Assembly (NCBI RefSeq): GCF_964355755.1
Contig: NC_092673.1
Location: forward strand, 14,728,948-14,792,947
Length of the DNA: 64,000 nt
Reading direction: 5' to 3'
DNA from: Antedon mediterranea
Lineage: Eukaryota > Animalia > Echinodermata
Part shown: one piece after another, positions 48,222 to 61,669 of the stretch
Numbering within the stretch: the first letter of the stretch is position 1
Layout of the letters: every line of letters starts with the position of its first letter
The notes under the pieces: model-generated
What the model was told of the DNA's origin: nothing
Seen by the model: only the letters and a program-made list of their open reading frames with translations
The model's database searches: none
Translations under genes and position numbers: made by a program

Positions 48222-49707
48222 GTAAGTACTTCTTGGCTTTCATCTTAGCTTCCTGCGACGCTTGAAACAAACATTTTTCCAGCCTCCTGCGTAAATGGTT
48301 CGTGCTTGGTCCTATGATAAAGACCGTTTTGATCGTTATCATTAGTTTTTTCCTTAAAGTATAGCTCCCCCCAGCTCTTACGTTTAAGTGTGTGATTATA
48401 CAAAAAAAATAGGAAATATGACTATTTCCGAACAACTCATTTCTAAAACGTCGGGCAGAAAATAGTGTTTTTTAATATATTACAATTTTTTTCAGTAACT
48501 TAAAAGAGAGGTTATTAGTTTACAATACGTCAATAAACGCGTTATACTTCGCGACGTACGAGTTGTGTTCGTGGTGAACGCATTGGTGTAATTTTTGGTT
48601 AATTAGGCCTAATGAATGCAAATTTTTAAGGCCCATGTGATATTTCTTCAGTATGTTTTACATATAACATTATGATTTGCACTGTACAACAGCATCATCT
48701 TAATTAAGTTGCTTATTAATTTTAAGCCAGCTTTCTACTTAGCCTAACTAGCTAGGCTTGGATCCATGTCTAGGCCTATATATTCATAAGTTCGAAAAGG
48801 CTTGATCGTTTCGCCCTATTTATCGTTACTGGGTTTTCTCGCACATTTCTAAGATCTCCTTAAAATAGACATTTTAGTAATAATCTCATAATCACATCAT
48901 TACACTGTGAAAACAATGTAGGGTCACATCCAGAATGTTTACATATACTACTTTCCAACCGTCAAAAACTACATCGCGACGAGAACAGATCACCGTGCAA
49001 GTGCAGTAGATAGTGTTATCGTGAAAAACTCACATGATCATTTTACTGCCTAAATTAATATAAAAAAATACCAATTGACCTTATTATATTGGTGGAAAAT
49101 TTACGCAAAATTGCGCAAGGTATACTCAATAAAAAATACAGTAATGGAAAGATCTGGAAAAATTACATCAAAAACATTTTAAGATTTTTTCTAGTATCTT
49201 TAATTAGTTCAAGTGCGGCGTTTGAGGTCAGGTGTTTAGCACGAAACCCATATTGGTGGGTGTTTAAAATTTAAAATTTGGTTCGATAGTCATTATATAT
49301 AGACTATTATGCATTGCCTTTTCAAAGATTTTTGAAAATACAGGTAACACTGATATCGGGTGGTAATTTATAATTTCATCAATGTTTCCTTTATAGACAG
49401 GGATATTATCTTTGCAATTTTTATTTTATCGAGAAAAATACCAGACTCAAAAGAAATATTTTTATTATGTGAGTTAGTGTCCCGCGACGCTGGAAACAAA
49501 GCTTTTTCCAGCCTCCTGCGTAAATGGTTCGTGCTTGGTACGTTTTGATCATTAGTTTTCTCCTTAAAGAAGAGCTCCCCTCAAACTTTTATTATGTTCA
49601 GAAAAGTTTAATTAAAGTGATTATACAAAAAAAAAAAGAAAAATATGGCAATATATTTAATAATATGAAAATAGTGCTTTTTAATATATTACATTTTTTT
49701 TCTGCAG

Positions 49708-49908
49708 AGTCAACTACAATGGCGATTGGTACGACCACACACGAGGCATCAGCAGTAACTGAATTTGACACGTCCAACACGAACGGTCTTGCATTACGAT
49801 CGACAACCATTACACATACATCAACTACAGAGTCAACGGCGAATGCTAAGACAACACCGATAAGTACAACTATAATACAAAATTCACCAACGACAGAGTT
49901 AACTAATG
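49708..49908 (+). CDS. Thr/Ser-rich mucin-like stalk exon
   Basis: Strong acceptor ttttttttctgcag; ESTTMAIGTTTHEASAVTE...TTELTN; donor G|gtacag; 201 nt, phase 1-1. Confidence 0.65.
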
Positions 49909-50851
49909 GTACAGCCATAATATGGCAAATTGTTTTATCATTTACTTCTGAATTAAACTTTAAGGCAATTGGTTGCAACTTAAGTCCAATATAGGCCTAT
50001 TCGACTTAATATGCAATATATCACAATCATGTCATTAGCACAAATGCATAGATTAAGATATCGGACAAACTGAAAATGTAATCTGGCATCACATGCATAT
50101 ATTCAGTTTATATTAAAAAATATTTAATGATATTTACCAGGATTTAATTAGTATAGATAAAGATAGCCACATGCGATGGTAAAATAGACCTAACTAGAAT
50201 AGCTAAATTACGTACATTTCCTGTTTTTAATATTTATTGTCGTTGCAATGTAAAACAAGAATATTTCTTACAAAAAACGCTGCTCGCTTATTGTTATTGC
50301 TAAGGTCAAGTCTGGGGGTCACTTCAAGTATCCTATTACAAACAAAAACTTCAATGGACTGTTTTGATAATAATTCAATGATTATCTGACAGCGAATTAT
50401 AGTAATATCATGGGACTCATAAATACCAGAAATGCTTTGGGATTTGTCGACTCTTTTCCCAGCCGTTTTTTGGATTCAACAGGTGAAATTATAGTGGAGT
50501 TTCCATTTTAACAAAAATGTCAAAGTGTAGTACTATAAAGCTGCTTGATTTCATCTAATGAATGAGTCATCTCGTGTGACGTAGCGGGCTAGAGCAGCAG
50601 GGTGAAAAATACTTTTACTTCTATCAAGTTTAATCATCACTGTTCCGACGTACGCAAAGCAGAAAACGATGTGTAATAATATGTACGATAAACGGCAATA
50701 TGCTAACGTCGTCGGCTCTAATTAATTAACCAATAATTAATATAATTAATAATATATAATAATAATTATTATTATTATTATTATAAAGTGCTTTAAGAAT
50801 ACGATTTATTTTATCGGAAGAAACAATTGAGGAAAATATATAATTAATAGG

Positions 50852-52058
50852 AACTAGATTTGAACTCGTCACTACGGACGAGTTAGGTTATCCGCAGCGC
50901 AAACGCCACGTGCACGTCATACGTTAGAATATTGCGCGCAGAAAAACGATTACGCCATTGAAAAAATGTTAGTGCGCTCTCTATTTTGCGTCACGTCAAA
51001 GTATATACGGTATACACTATATTCTGTATACGTACTACATACAGTTCAGAATAGGTGAAAATAAGTGACCAAAGTTAATGACGCTTTTGCCCATGATGAC
51101 GTCATCACAATTTTTAAAATGGTAAATCATGTGAAAGATAATTGATTGACCTGGACAAAATAAAGAAATGGTGGGAATGGAATACGGATAAGTAGAGATG
51201 CGCTCTATTAAATTTGACGAGCTATGATGAAAGAGAAAAAAATCCTATATTTTGTATTCGGGTGGCCATACGATGACGTCACAATGTTCGGTTAGCCATA
51301 TCAATGCATGATTCGAGAAATACAACTCATCTACTTCCAGAATATGTAATTTAAGAAAAGTACACCACGTAGTTTAGAATTTATGACTGTTTCAAAAAAG
51401 GTCTAATTTTGACGAATTTTTGAAGTTTTTCATCAAAAACGCGTGCAAATTATCCAATTCTACGTGCTCGTGTGACGTGATTTTAAGTCAAAATTGATTG
51501 AAAATTGATAAATTTACTAGAAAAGGCTGAAAAAACAAAAATCAAGCAAAAAAATGATGTTTTTGCGCTACGTGCGCACGCGCGCGTAGAAAAATTGCGC
51601 ACGCGTGGGAAATTTTGAAATGCTCAAAATGACATGAAACGCGTAGAAAGTTGATTAGAAATGAATTTTGCGCATTTTGAAATTTTGAACGCGCATGCGC
51701 GCGTAACTTTAAGTAAAACATGCCATTTTTAATCCATAGAAAGTTTGCGCATGATATGACTTAAATTTTCACAAAGTTTCTATACAAAATGACTGTTGGT
51801 TTTTAATCTATGATCAATCATTTAAATTCATAAAATCGCGCGTAACTTACGCTGCGCGAGTCAAAATTCATAACAAAAAGTTTCTTGCACATCTACAGCT
51901 ACAGGGCAATCTTTTGACAAAGTTATACAATCATATGTTGGCCAGAATTAGAGATACGCTGCGAACAAAATTCGTGGAAAGAAAGAAGAATATCGAAAAA
52001 AAAAAAAAAAAAGATCCTGACAATAACAAGGGGTTATCCGCCAAGTGCGGATAACCAA
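50852..52058. mobile_element. Helentron/HINE-like element, related family
   Basis: aactaga terminus, hairpin aactcgtc...gacgagtt, subterminal ggttatccgc, far-end palindrome ggttatccgccaagtgcggataacc. Confidence 0.65.
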
Positions 52059-55000
52059 TTAGAATGTTGTAAGATGTAAATGAAACACTGGTAAACAAAT
52101 GTTAATAGAAATGCGTGCGTTTGTTTTTGCGTGTAAAATTTTACCTAATAAAATGAACTTGAAATATTAGTAAAACACCACTACTCAAGAGAAGATGCTA
52201 AGGCATTGAAGAATTTATTTTTTAGATATGTTTCTGAACAGGCTCAGAATGAATTTCTGACTGTGTGCGTCATGAGAAGGTACATGGAAAACCCCGTCAT
52301 ATGGGTCGTTGATTTGTCCGTAGTCATTGCATTTTGCCGGGGATTCCCCATCATTTAAGTATTTCCGTAGTACCCTATTTATTTATCTTCATTTCCCCCT
52401 ACGTCCGTAATATTGGGCCAAATTTCCGTAGTAATTACGGGCGTTCCGAACTTTGAAATAACAGTGTTTAATTGCTTCTTTCTGCAAATTTCTTTCATAT
52501 TTTCTTTTCTGGAGTGTTGATAATAGGCCTAGTAATTAGTTTGGGGACTTCCTCTGACGTTCGTATTGAACGCAACACAAATGTTATCCTTAGTCGCATT
52601 TTTATCCGAATTATTACTCATTTTGTTTGTATATTATTGACATGATATGATATGTTCATTTATTCTGTGCATGTTAAAATATGTTAAATGCATACGGTAT
52701 CGCCGCAAATTACTCAATTATTATTTTTATTTTGAGTCTGATATGTTCGTTTTATTTATGCACATGTGTTCTTAAGACCTAAGCTCCATGATAAAACATT
52801 GAATTACTCCTGTATTGTATTAAAAACTAATCAAATGAAGACGACAAAGTTTTATTAAATTTATTTTTTTTAATCACTAATTTTCTTCTTGATTCTGCTT
52901 CTATTGATGTGTGAGTTCCTGATATTCCTCTTTACACCTAAGCAATGGAAGGAAAAACGTTTTAATTAAATTTCTTTTTTTTTTCTTAGCCTTTCTTTTT
53001 TCATAGCCAAACTATTAGTACGCCGTCTGTACTAAGAGAGTATTTAAACTGTGTCACTGATAGTTAAATTTGTTTTTCGCCAAGACTCCATGATACAACT
53101 AAACTGGAATGGAAACAACAAATCTAATAAATGCAAATTGTAGTGGAATAACGTTAAGAATGATAACACTGTAATGGTAGTAATAGTCATAAAAAATACT
53201 ATACAACAAAGCATGAGATGCGATAACTAGGCCTAATAGCAAAAACAATAGCACGGTCTAAAATATGCGTGAATGGCGCGGCGCGCCATAGAAATCTGTT
53301 GTGGCCGAAACTGTCTGTGGCCGAAACGGTCATATTCCGTTAGTATTAGGGTAGGCCTAGGCGTTTTAGCCTTGCTAGGCCTAGGATTGTTTGGTTGTTT
53401 GTTGACATAATTAAAGATGTATTTTCCCTTGAAACACAAAAAATGAAGGTCAAATATTCTAAATTTAAATTGGCCATATTAAAATAATATTAAAGTTATT
53501 CAGTTAAAGTCGAAAATTCGACCCAAAAACCTAACCTAATTAACAGGTAAATTAATTTGATTGCATTTCGTCTGGAAAATTTTCGCGAGTGAAAGTAACC
53601 AAAGATTTCAAACCACGAGTATGCATTATGCATGATGCTAATTAGGATTTTTTACAACTCACAACAGTTGACAAGGTGTTTAATAATTTAAATGTTAAAG
53701 TAGTAATAATAACTGATCTAACCCCGGCAAATACTAGTAATCTGACGTGAACCAAAAACAAAAACGAATAGCACATATTAATTGTTACTATTTTCAATGA
53801 CAGCTCAATCATCCCAGAGAATGTCGTGCAACAGACAAATAAAATATCTCTATACGAGCACGTTAAAAATGACAATATGCACACATTAAGTGCCCAAAAG
53901 TGCTGACAAATTTCTTTTCTATCCCTTTTTAAAATGCAAATACTCTTTAGAATGGAAGATGACCTCAAAATGTGTAACTTATTACGAAAGCCAATGAGTT
54001 GTAAATATGAATTCATGTGCATATTAAACGTACAAAATGGTATGACGTCACCATTTGGCCACATGAATTTTTAAAATAGAGTTTTTTCACCTTTTGTCAT
54101 AGATTAATCACCTTCAAGAGTGCATTTCGCTTATCTGTGCTCAATTTTCGCTCAAATTTTATTATATGCTTGCTAAAACAATTATCTTATTCTCTTTTTA
54201 TCAGTAAAATTATGAAAATGGTGTCTTATAATTCGTCAAAGTAACAAATATTAAATTCTACTTATTTTTTGGTTTTGTGTTTTACGTGACAATGTTTGAC
54301 TTCTTGTAAAAATCCACTATTAATGGTAATTTTCTTCTTGGTTTAATTAGTTATTTGTTATTTTCTATGCAACATTAATAGAAATAATTGTTTATAAAAT
54401 TAAATGAAATAAAAAAAATGAAATTAGCTAATTTGTCCAGGTTTTACGTGACAATGTTTGACTTCTTGTAAAAATCCACTATTAATGGTATTTTTCTTCT
54501 TGTTATTTTCTATGTAACAATAGAAATATTTGTTTATAAAATTATTTATAAAATTAAATGAAATAAACGAATGAAATTGCTTTTTAAGATAGTGTTACAG
54601 TACATTTACCTTGATTAGCTAATAAAATCAAACCAATTTAATGCTTTACTAAATGTATAGACTCAGTATTTGATATTACATGTTATAGGCATCAATAGGG
54701 ATTACCACCAAGGGATTTAATGGTGTTTCTTGGTCACCTAGAACTTCTCAAATTATTGATTCTTACATTATTATTAAACTTAAAGGCCAGGTGCGGCCAA
54801 AACATTTCTATTGATCATACATTCCAATAATTATCGATCAATAGTTTCCCCTATGTTTCATTATTTTTGGCATTTTATTTGTGTTACACGAACTTGTTGA
54901 AAATAAGCACTTTCTTATCAGTGTAGGGATAGTACAAATTTTGTAAATAGAGAGGCATTTTTAAAAAAAAGCTATGAAAAATAAACAGTTTAGTAAAAAA

Positions 55001-55768
55001 TGTTATCAGATGACTAAATATAGGTAATATAACGTGAATTTTACTTTTTTTTTATTCAATTTTAGAATTTTATTTTTATGCTATAGCAAAAATTATCCAC
55101 CGTATATCCATCATCTTTTTTCACCTTTTAGGGAGTCACCAGACATGTTATTACATTAGGTTAAACTACATAACTACTGAAAAAAAGTTTTTATGGCAGA
55201 ATTTTGGCAAATATTTGATTTATGTACAAATTACCAGATATTATATTTAAAATTCATGCCTGTATCTAAGCTTTAAGGTTTGTCTACACTATCAAACTGT
55301 ATGTGTCAAAAAATGTGATGTGCCCATATATGGACATGATGATGTCATATCACTAACATATTTAAGCATAGCACTACCATATAAGGGCACATCAAACTTT
55401 TTTGACACATAAAGTTTGATAGTGTCAATTCTTTTATAGAGACACACTCTTTTCTATCAGAGTTAAAATACAATCTTGCGGTTTAGTTGTTTCATGTGTG
55501 AATAAAACAAAAGATAGAGGCCTATATTCTTTGCTAACACCTATCAGAGTAATAAGAAGAGGAGTTCCATTGGATGGTTGTAACTCAGATATGATGATTC
55601 AGATCAGCCACATTAAAAACTAAAAATTGAATAGAAAAATTACCTTAATATAATGACAAATTAGGCCAAAACTATGAATAATTTTGTATATCCTAACACT
55701 TGATTTTGCCTAAAAAATATCAGTGAGTTTTTCCCACCATAAAACACGTCAAACTTTATACATTTTAG

Positions 55769-58695
55769 AGTGGTTGATGGGGGACTGTGGCAACATTTCA
55801 CAATTTTATCCTGTGAGTGGTGAATATGTGATACAACCAAGTGAGGGAGGACCACAAATTAATGTGTACTGTGATATTAGGGAAGATGGAAATTGGACGG
55901 TAAGACAACAGTTATCAAGAGTAAACCCATCTTTATTAATTATTCTATAACACACAAACAAAAACAAAATGTATCCATCATCATTACTATAAGGACTACC
56001 AGGGATCAGCATGGACAGAAAACATTTATTATAGAGAACAATGTTAATGATTTGGGAGATAAGCCTTTACCAGCAACAGTGCAACGTTACAGAAAATTAA
56101 GTTGAAAGGCCAATGATTTATACTAATGTTCCAAATCATGCATACTAAGCACCAAGAAGCAACTTAAGTGTAGTCAAATGATACACTATTGACTTAGTGT
56201 AGTTTAATCGTAATAATACTGACCAGGTTCTCATTTCATTCAGTTCTATTTATGCTTGTTCAGTAAAGTAGGCTAGAGTATATATATAACTAAATCTTTT
56301 TATGATCAGGTGATACAGAGAAGACAAGATGGATCAGTTGATTTCTACCGTAATTGGACAGAATACAAAGAGGGTTTTGGAAATGTGAACACAGAGTTCT
56401 GGCTTGGTAATGAACAAATCAACCGTTTAACAGCTGATGGAAATTTTGAGCTAATGGTAGAAATGACAGATCACTTGAATGTAACAAAGTTTGCAAAATA
56501 TTCCCAATTCCATGTTGGTACTGAGGACTCTAACTATGTTTTGACAATCAGTGGATACACAGGAACTGCAGGTTAGTATATTCAATCAATTTTATCTGAA
56601 GAAAGTAAACAAAGAATTAACATTGATACTTTTAGCACTCCTACACTCTTTGTAAGTTGCAGTAAAAATAGTCTATGAACTACTCACATACTGTATGTTT
56701 TTATTTTATTTATCACATTTGAAGTGTATAATAAAATTAATGTTTAGAATTACAACTGCTTAAATAAATGATAAGGACATTGACTGGGACAGAACCTAAA
56801 ACATGTACTGTACCCAAGGTTCCTAAAGTTTAGGGTAATAATTTGTAGCATGAAATAGAACATAGATAAATGAGGAACCCATGTTAAAATGTAATAGTTT
56901 TATTATTAAAGTTGACAATTTTCTAGTGTTTTCTAATCAATATAACTCTCCAGTGGGAACACGTTTGTTTAATGAATTTGTTTACATATTAATCTATTTG
57001 CAAATATTGTAGAAAACATCAAGTAAAAAGATAGAAATCAAATTTCACCAAGGTATTTGGAACTTATTTAGGTTAGAAATAAAAGAAACTGATTTCAAAT
57101 GAATACTGTAAATGGAAATATTTTCGCATACAGAATGATTCGCTTAACTACTTTCTTGACGTTTTCGCGTATTGATATTTTCACAGATTTCATTTTAGTC
57201 TAGGCCTAAAGTAAAGTATAAAAGTGTCGACACGAGCTATCATATTAACATCCTATTATTATAGCTGAGGCCCATACAGTGGGCCTTAAGGTCTAGCCTA
57301 CATTCCGTATTCACAGTACTACAGTAGTAAATTAAAAACAAATGTTTCTATATTTGTTTAATCCTTTTTATATTCACAAAACTTCCAATAAACTAACTGC
57401 AAAAGTATCTTGAAAATATTCTTTTTTCAAACCAATAATTAGTTTTTACTAATTATTGGTTTGAAAAAAAGAATATTTTTAAGATACTTATACCTACAAA
57501 CCAGATGAACATTTTCAATCATAACTGCAAAAGTGTCGATCACTGCTGCAGTACTGAGACAGTACCGTAAGAATCTGTAGCTTTTTTCGGTTTGCATGTT
57601 GTTTACATTCAACCCAAAATTTGCGAAAATTAAACCATTGCAAAAATAACGGCATATGAAATGTACAGTGTATTATGCAACATACTAAAGCTGAAAAAAG
57701 TTGGACCAACGTTAAGAAAAGCTCCTAAAAACATCTGAAAAATAGAACAAAACAGTTATAATAATGATATTATAATCTAATCTATTATTATAATCTAAAT
57801 TGTCTATAATGTAAATTGTTGGATGGCCTTCCCACTTCAAAATTCTTTCTTATAGGCCTGAAACAAATCTAACAACATTAAAATGTTCAAATGCACTCAT
57901 GGTACAACTTATCTATTCTGTAATGGAACAACTCTCAAGGTCAAATGACATTTGATCATTTTACTTCAGCAACTACATTTGTTTTAATGTAGGCATTTAT
58001 GAGGCAATCGAGGCAACAGTATGTGTATAATTAATATCCAAACAAGCTTGCTAAATAATTGCACAAACAGGTTAAAGAGTGAGTAAAATATAATTACTGC
58101 CAGTAACTACAGAATTATAGAATTTTCTACCCAAAACAATTTTTTTGGTAAAATCAGACAAAACACAGTGAAATTAAAAACAAATTAAATGTAATTAAAT
58201 AATAAAAAATACTATTTATAGACCTAAATTGTGTTTATGATTTAATGTATGGCAATTTGACAAAAAAAATTAAATATGTTAATAAATTACAAATTATAGG
58301 ATATTTTATTATTTCTATTTTCCCTTTTATATCAAATACCTTTTATTTTATTTTTAATACAAAGAAAAACAAATATTTAAAATGAATTTTAATTTAAAGA
58401 TATATGAAGTAAACTAAAGATGATATGTTTTGTTTGTTTAGGTGATTCTTTGGCATCATTACACAATGGTCAACAATTTTCAACGTATGATAGAGACAAT
58501 GATAAGTTCAGTGGTAACTGTGCTCTGGCATTCAAAAGTGCTTGGTGGTACAATAGCTGTTATGATTCAAACCTGAATGGGGTTTACCTTACACCAGGTA
58601 CAGCTGATGATGTTAAAGGCATCGGCTGGTGGCATTTCCATAGAGGGTTCTACAGTCTCAAGAAGACAGTGATGATGGTTAAAAGAGCACCATAA
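55769..58695 (+). CDS. Complete fibrinogen-related domain (FReD; ficolin/FIBCD1/tenascin-like), exons 55769-55899, 56310-56571 and 58442-58695
   Basis: DC...SGEYVIQP...VYCD...GNWT | VIQRRQDGSVDFYRNWTEYKEGFG...EFWLGNE | GDSL...HNGQQFSTYDRDND...CA....AWWYNSCYDSNLNG; all splice phases compatible. Confidence 0.92.
57403..57489. repeat. Near-perfect intronic hairpin with ~40-bp arms
   Basis: aagtatcttgaaaatattcttttttcaaaccaataattagt - ttt - tactaattattggtttgaaaaaaagaatatttttaagatactt. Confidence 0.85.
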
Positions 58696-58823
58696 GATAG
58701 TTGTCATGATTCAAACATGAATGGCTTTACCTACACCAGATACAGTTGATTACAATGGCATCAACTTGTATACTTTTGATAGAGGCCTTAAGACAACAGT
58801 GATGATGGTTAAGAGAGCAGCAC
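58696..58823 (+). repeat. Decayed tandem duplicate of the last ~140 nt of the FReD exon
   Basis: tgtcatgattcaaacatgaatgg...acagtgatgatggttaagagagca mirrors ~58555-58690. Confidence 0.75.
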
Positions 58824-59620
58824 AAAATAATCAGAATCTGTAATTATTGAATAATTTGACTTATGAATAATATATAGGAATAACGAAGATTCCTCTTTTG
58901 TTTCTTTTAGCTATTATCCATTTGGAATTATCATTAAATAATTGTATTGTTAAATAACAGCTCGTTATCTAATCCAAATGTTACAGAATTAATAATCGAA
59001 TATATTGTCATATCACTTGTGATTTGTTTAAACATTATTAGTATTTTAATTTATATAATAATATAAATATTATGTAAACTTTCATTAGGCATACAAAGAT
59101 TAATAACAGTTATTTTTTTTTATTTTATTATTATTTGAATTTATGCTATAACTACATATATAATAGTAACATTAATATTAATTGTTTTTAATTACAAAAT
59201 AACATTAAATTGATATTCAATCAGTGTATCCTTTCATTACTGATAAATTAGTAGTTTGTAAATCTAACTTTAGGAGTATGATTTTTAGTCTATATTGAAT
59301 CTTGTTTTAAAGTTATTAAAAATGAAATAAAAACATATAATGAATGTATGTATTTTTTAATGTAAAGATGGCTTTTTTAAAGATATTAACAATCACCATG
59401 GTGGATATAATTAATAGGCACCACTAGCTCTTTTTTAGATATGTAATAAGTGAATGTTTTAAGGTTTTTTATTCATGTATGTTTTTAATTGTATGGTACG
59501 ATATCTAATTTTATTAAGATATTTCTATTTTTATAGCAATTTTAACTAATTTTTAGTCATTTGTAATACATTTCATTTCAGTCCTTGACTGTCGTTTTGT
59601 AATATATTTTTATATACCGA

Positions 59621-59657
<37 letters not shown>

Positions 59658-61669
59658 CAACATTGGATCTTCATAATAATTGTTTTGGAAATTCACTAAA
59701 ATTTACTTATTTATGCAAATACGAGGGGGTTTATTCAGATATGAATACAAACAATATACATACAAATATATTATTCACCAACTGTTCTAATACCACATAC
59801 GTGAGACCAAAGACGATCAATTATTAATAACATTCTTAGTGCATGTAATTGGCAAGTTACTCGATGTTGGATGGAGATGAAATAAAAATTAAAAATGGCC
59901 TTCTATCAAATAAAGCGCGTCTTATTCTTCAATACATATCAACAATATAGATGGATATAACGTTTTAGTATCATTTTGATTTTCGATTTCGATTCTTACT
60001 GTTTCAGTATATTTTATTTTATTCGTCATTATAATCAATGCATTAAAGAGAAAAACGAAATGCATCACCAAAGCGGTTACTAGGGAGAGAATGTGAATTT
60101 ATTAATTATCGCAAGAAGCTTTCTCAAATAATGTCGTCGTTATCACAGTTGTTCAGCTGTGACGTTTGACTACACGGCCCATCTGAATTGAAAGAAAGAC
60201 AAACACCAGGTGCTGGAAAAAATTTCTATTGGCCATACATTCCAATAGTTATCAATCTATAGTTTCCCCTATGTTTTATATTTGTATATTAATATCAATT
60301 CATTACTTGTTGGTCAAGTTAGTGAAAACCAAACATGTATGATTTACCCTTCAAACTTGAAAATGTTGATACCATTAAGATTTTTGACTTGAAAGCTATG
60401 TAAGATATTGTTGCTGGAGAGAATCGACGTACCTATTTAAATAATATTTGTTTTGTCAGTCATCAAAATAGATTGATACAGCTAATTCAATATAGGAAAA
60501 TAATGATGTGTTTGTTTAATTTATCTTCATCACATAATGAATTATACAGTTCGTAAATTCTATACTTATATATATAATTTATTGGAGATAAACACGTTTT
60601 CTTATGTTTTATGTCTCCTAAAAAAGAGTCGAGTTCATTTAATATTGGAAAATTGAACAAATTATTGATTGTAGTGGCCATATATTTATATCTTGTGTTT
60701 ACTACAGAATTGTTTATCCAGACTACTGAAATTATTTATATTATTAAATATTTTAACTGGTCAGAGTTTTAAAGATGAGAAAAAGAAATGGCACAGAAAT
60801 TCATGATTATCACAGCAAATGTACCACTTTTCTGTCTGGATTCAATTACATTTTTAAATATAATTTATGTTTTAATGTTTTTTTATGAGGAAGTGCATAC
60901 AGAAAAAAAGAAAAGATTCGATTGGAATACGTAGGACTTGCAAATAAAAATTATAACTGGACACCCATTATGAATTGTTGCAGGTATTGAATCAGATCAG
61001 GTGCTTCTCAATAAAACAGAAATAAATTAAATATTTTTAGAAAGTAATCTGTATTTTAATTATTGTAATTTGAACACCAAAAAATGCGTCTAAAAAAAAA
61101 GAGCATGTATATCTTCATGATTTTTCATACATTATTATTTTATTTATTTTATTCAATCTCATTCAACAGCGGGAAACCCGCCCCTTAAAGAATGGAATAA
61201 AATATACAAGGGCTAGTGTTGCCCGAAAGCTCTGCTAACTTTTTTGGCTGTTTACTTTATCGTTTTGATTTAGCTTTTCGCTTTTTATTTTTGTATCTCC
61301 ATTGAGATCCAGCCACTGATACCCACAGCATTGTCATTTTTTTTCAGTAATTTGCCTTTATATATATATATATATATAAATGTTCGGTTCAATGTAACCT
61401 TAAGACCTAAACATTACAAAGTTATACAATCTTATGTAAATCATATCTTACACTCAGCATGTTGATTGGTGCACACTGACATGTCTATTGATGTGGTTGG
61501 ATAATGGAGTATCAACTCTGTCTTCATATACATATAAGATGAAAATATAGTTCGTACCACAATGTTAAGAAACTCATTCAGGCGTACGTCGAGCATTTGA
61601 AGACGAATTGTAGATTTTATTGGCACGATAACCGTTTCATTCGTCAATACATAATTCTAAAACGTCGCA

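Noticed and set aside
49910-55768. A signal-peptide/PAN first exon for the first FReD gene
   Set aside because: Searched by eye for the C..EC....C.SVNY pattern and found none, although intron pieces homologous to the second gene are present (~53420, ~54690). A diverged exon could have been missed.
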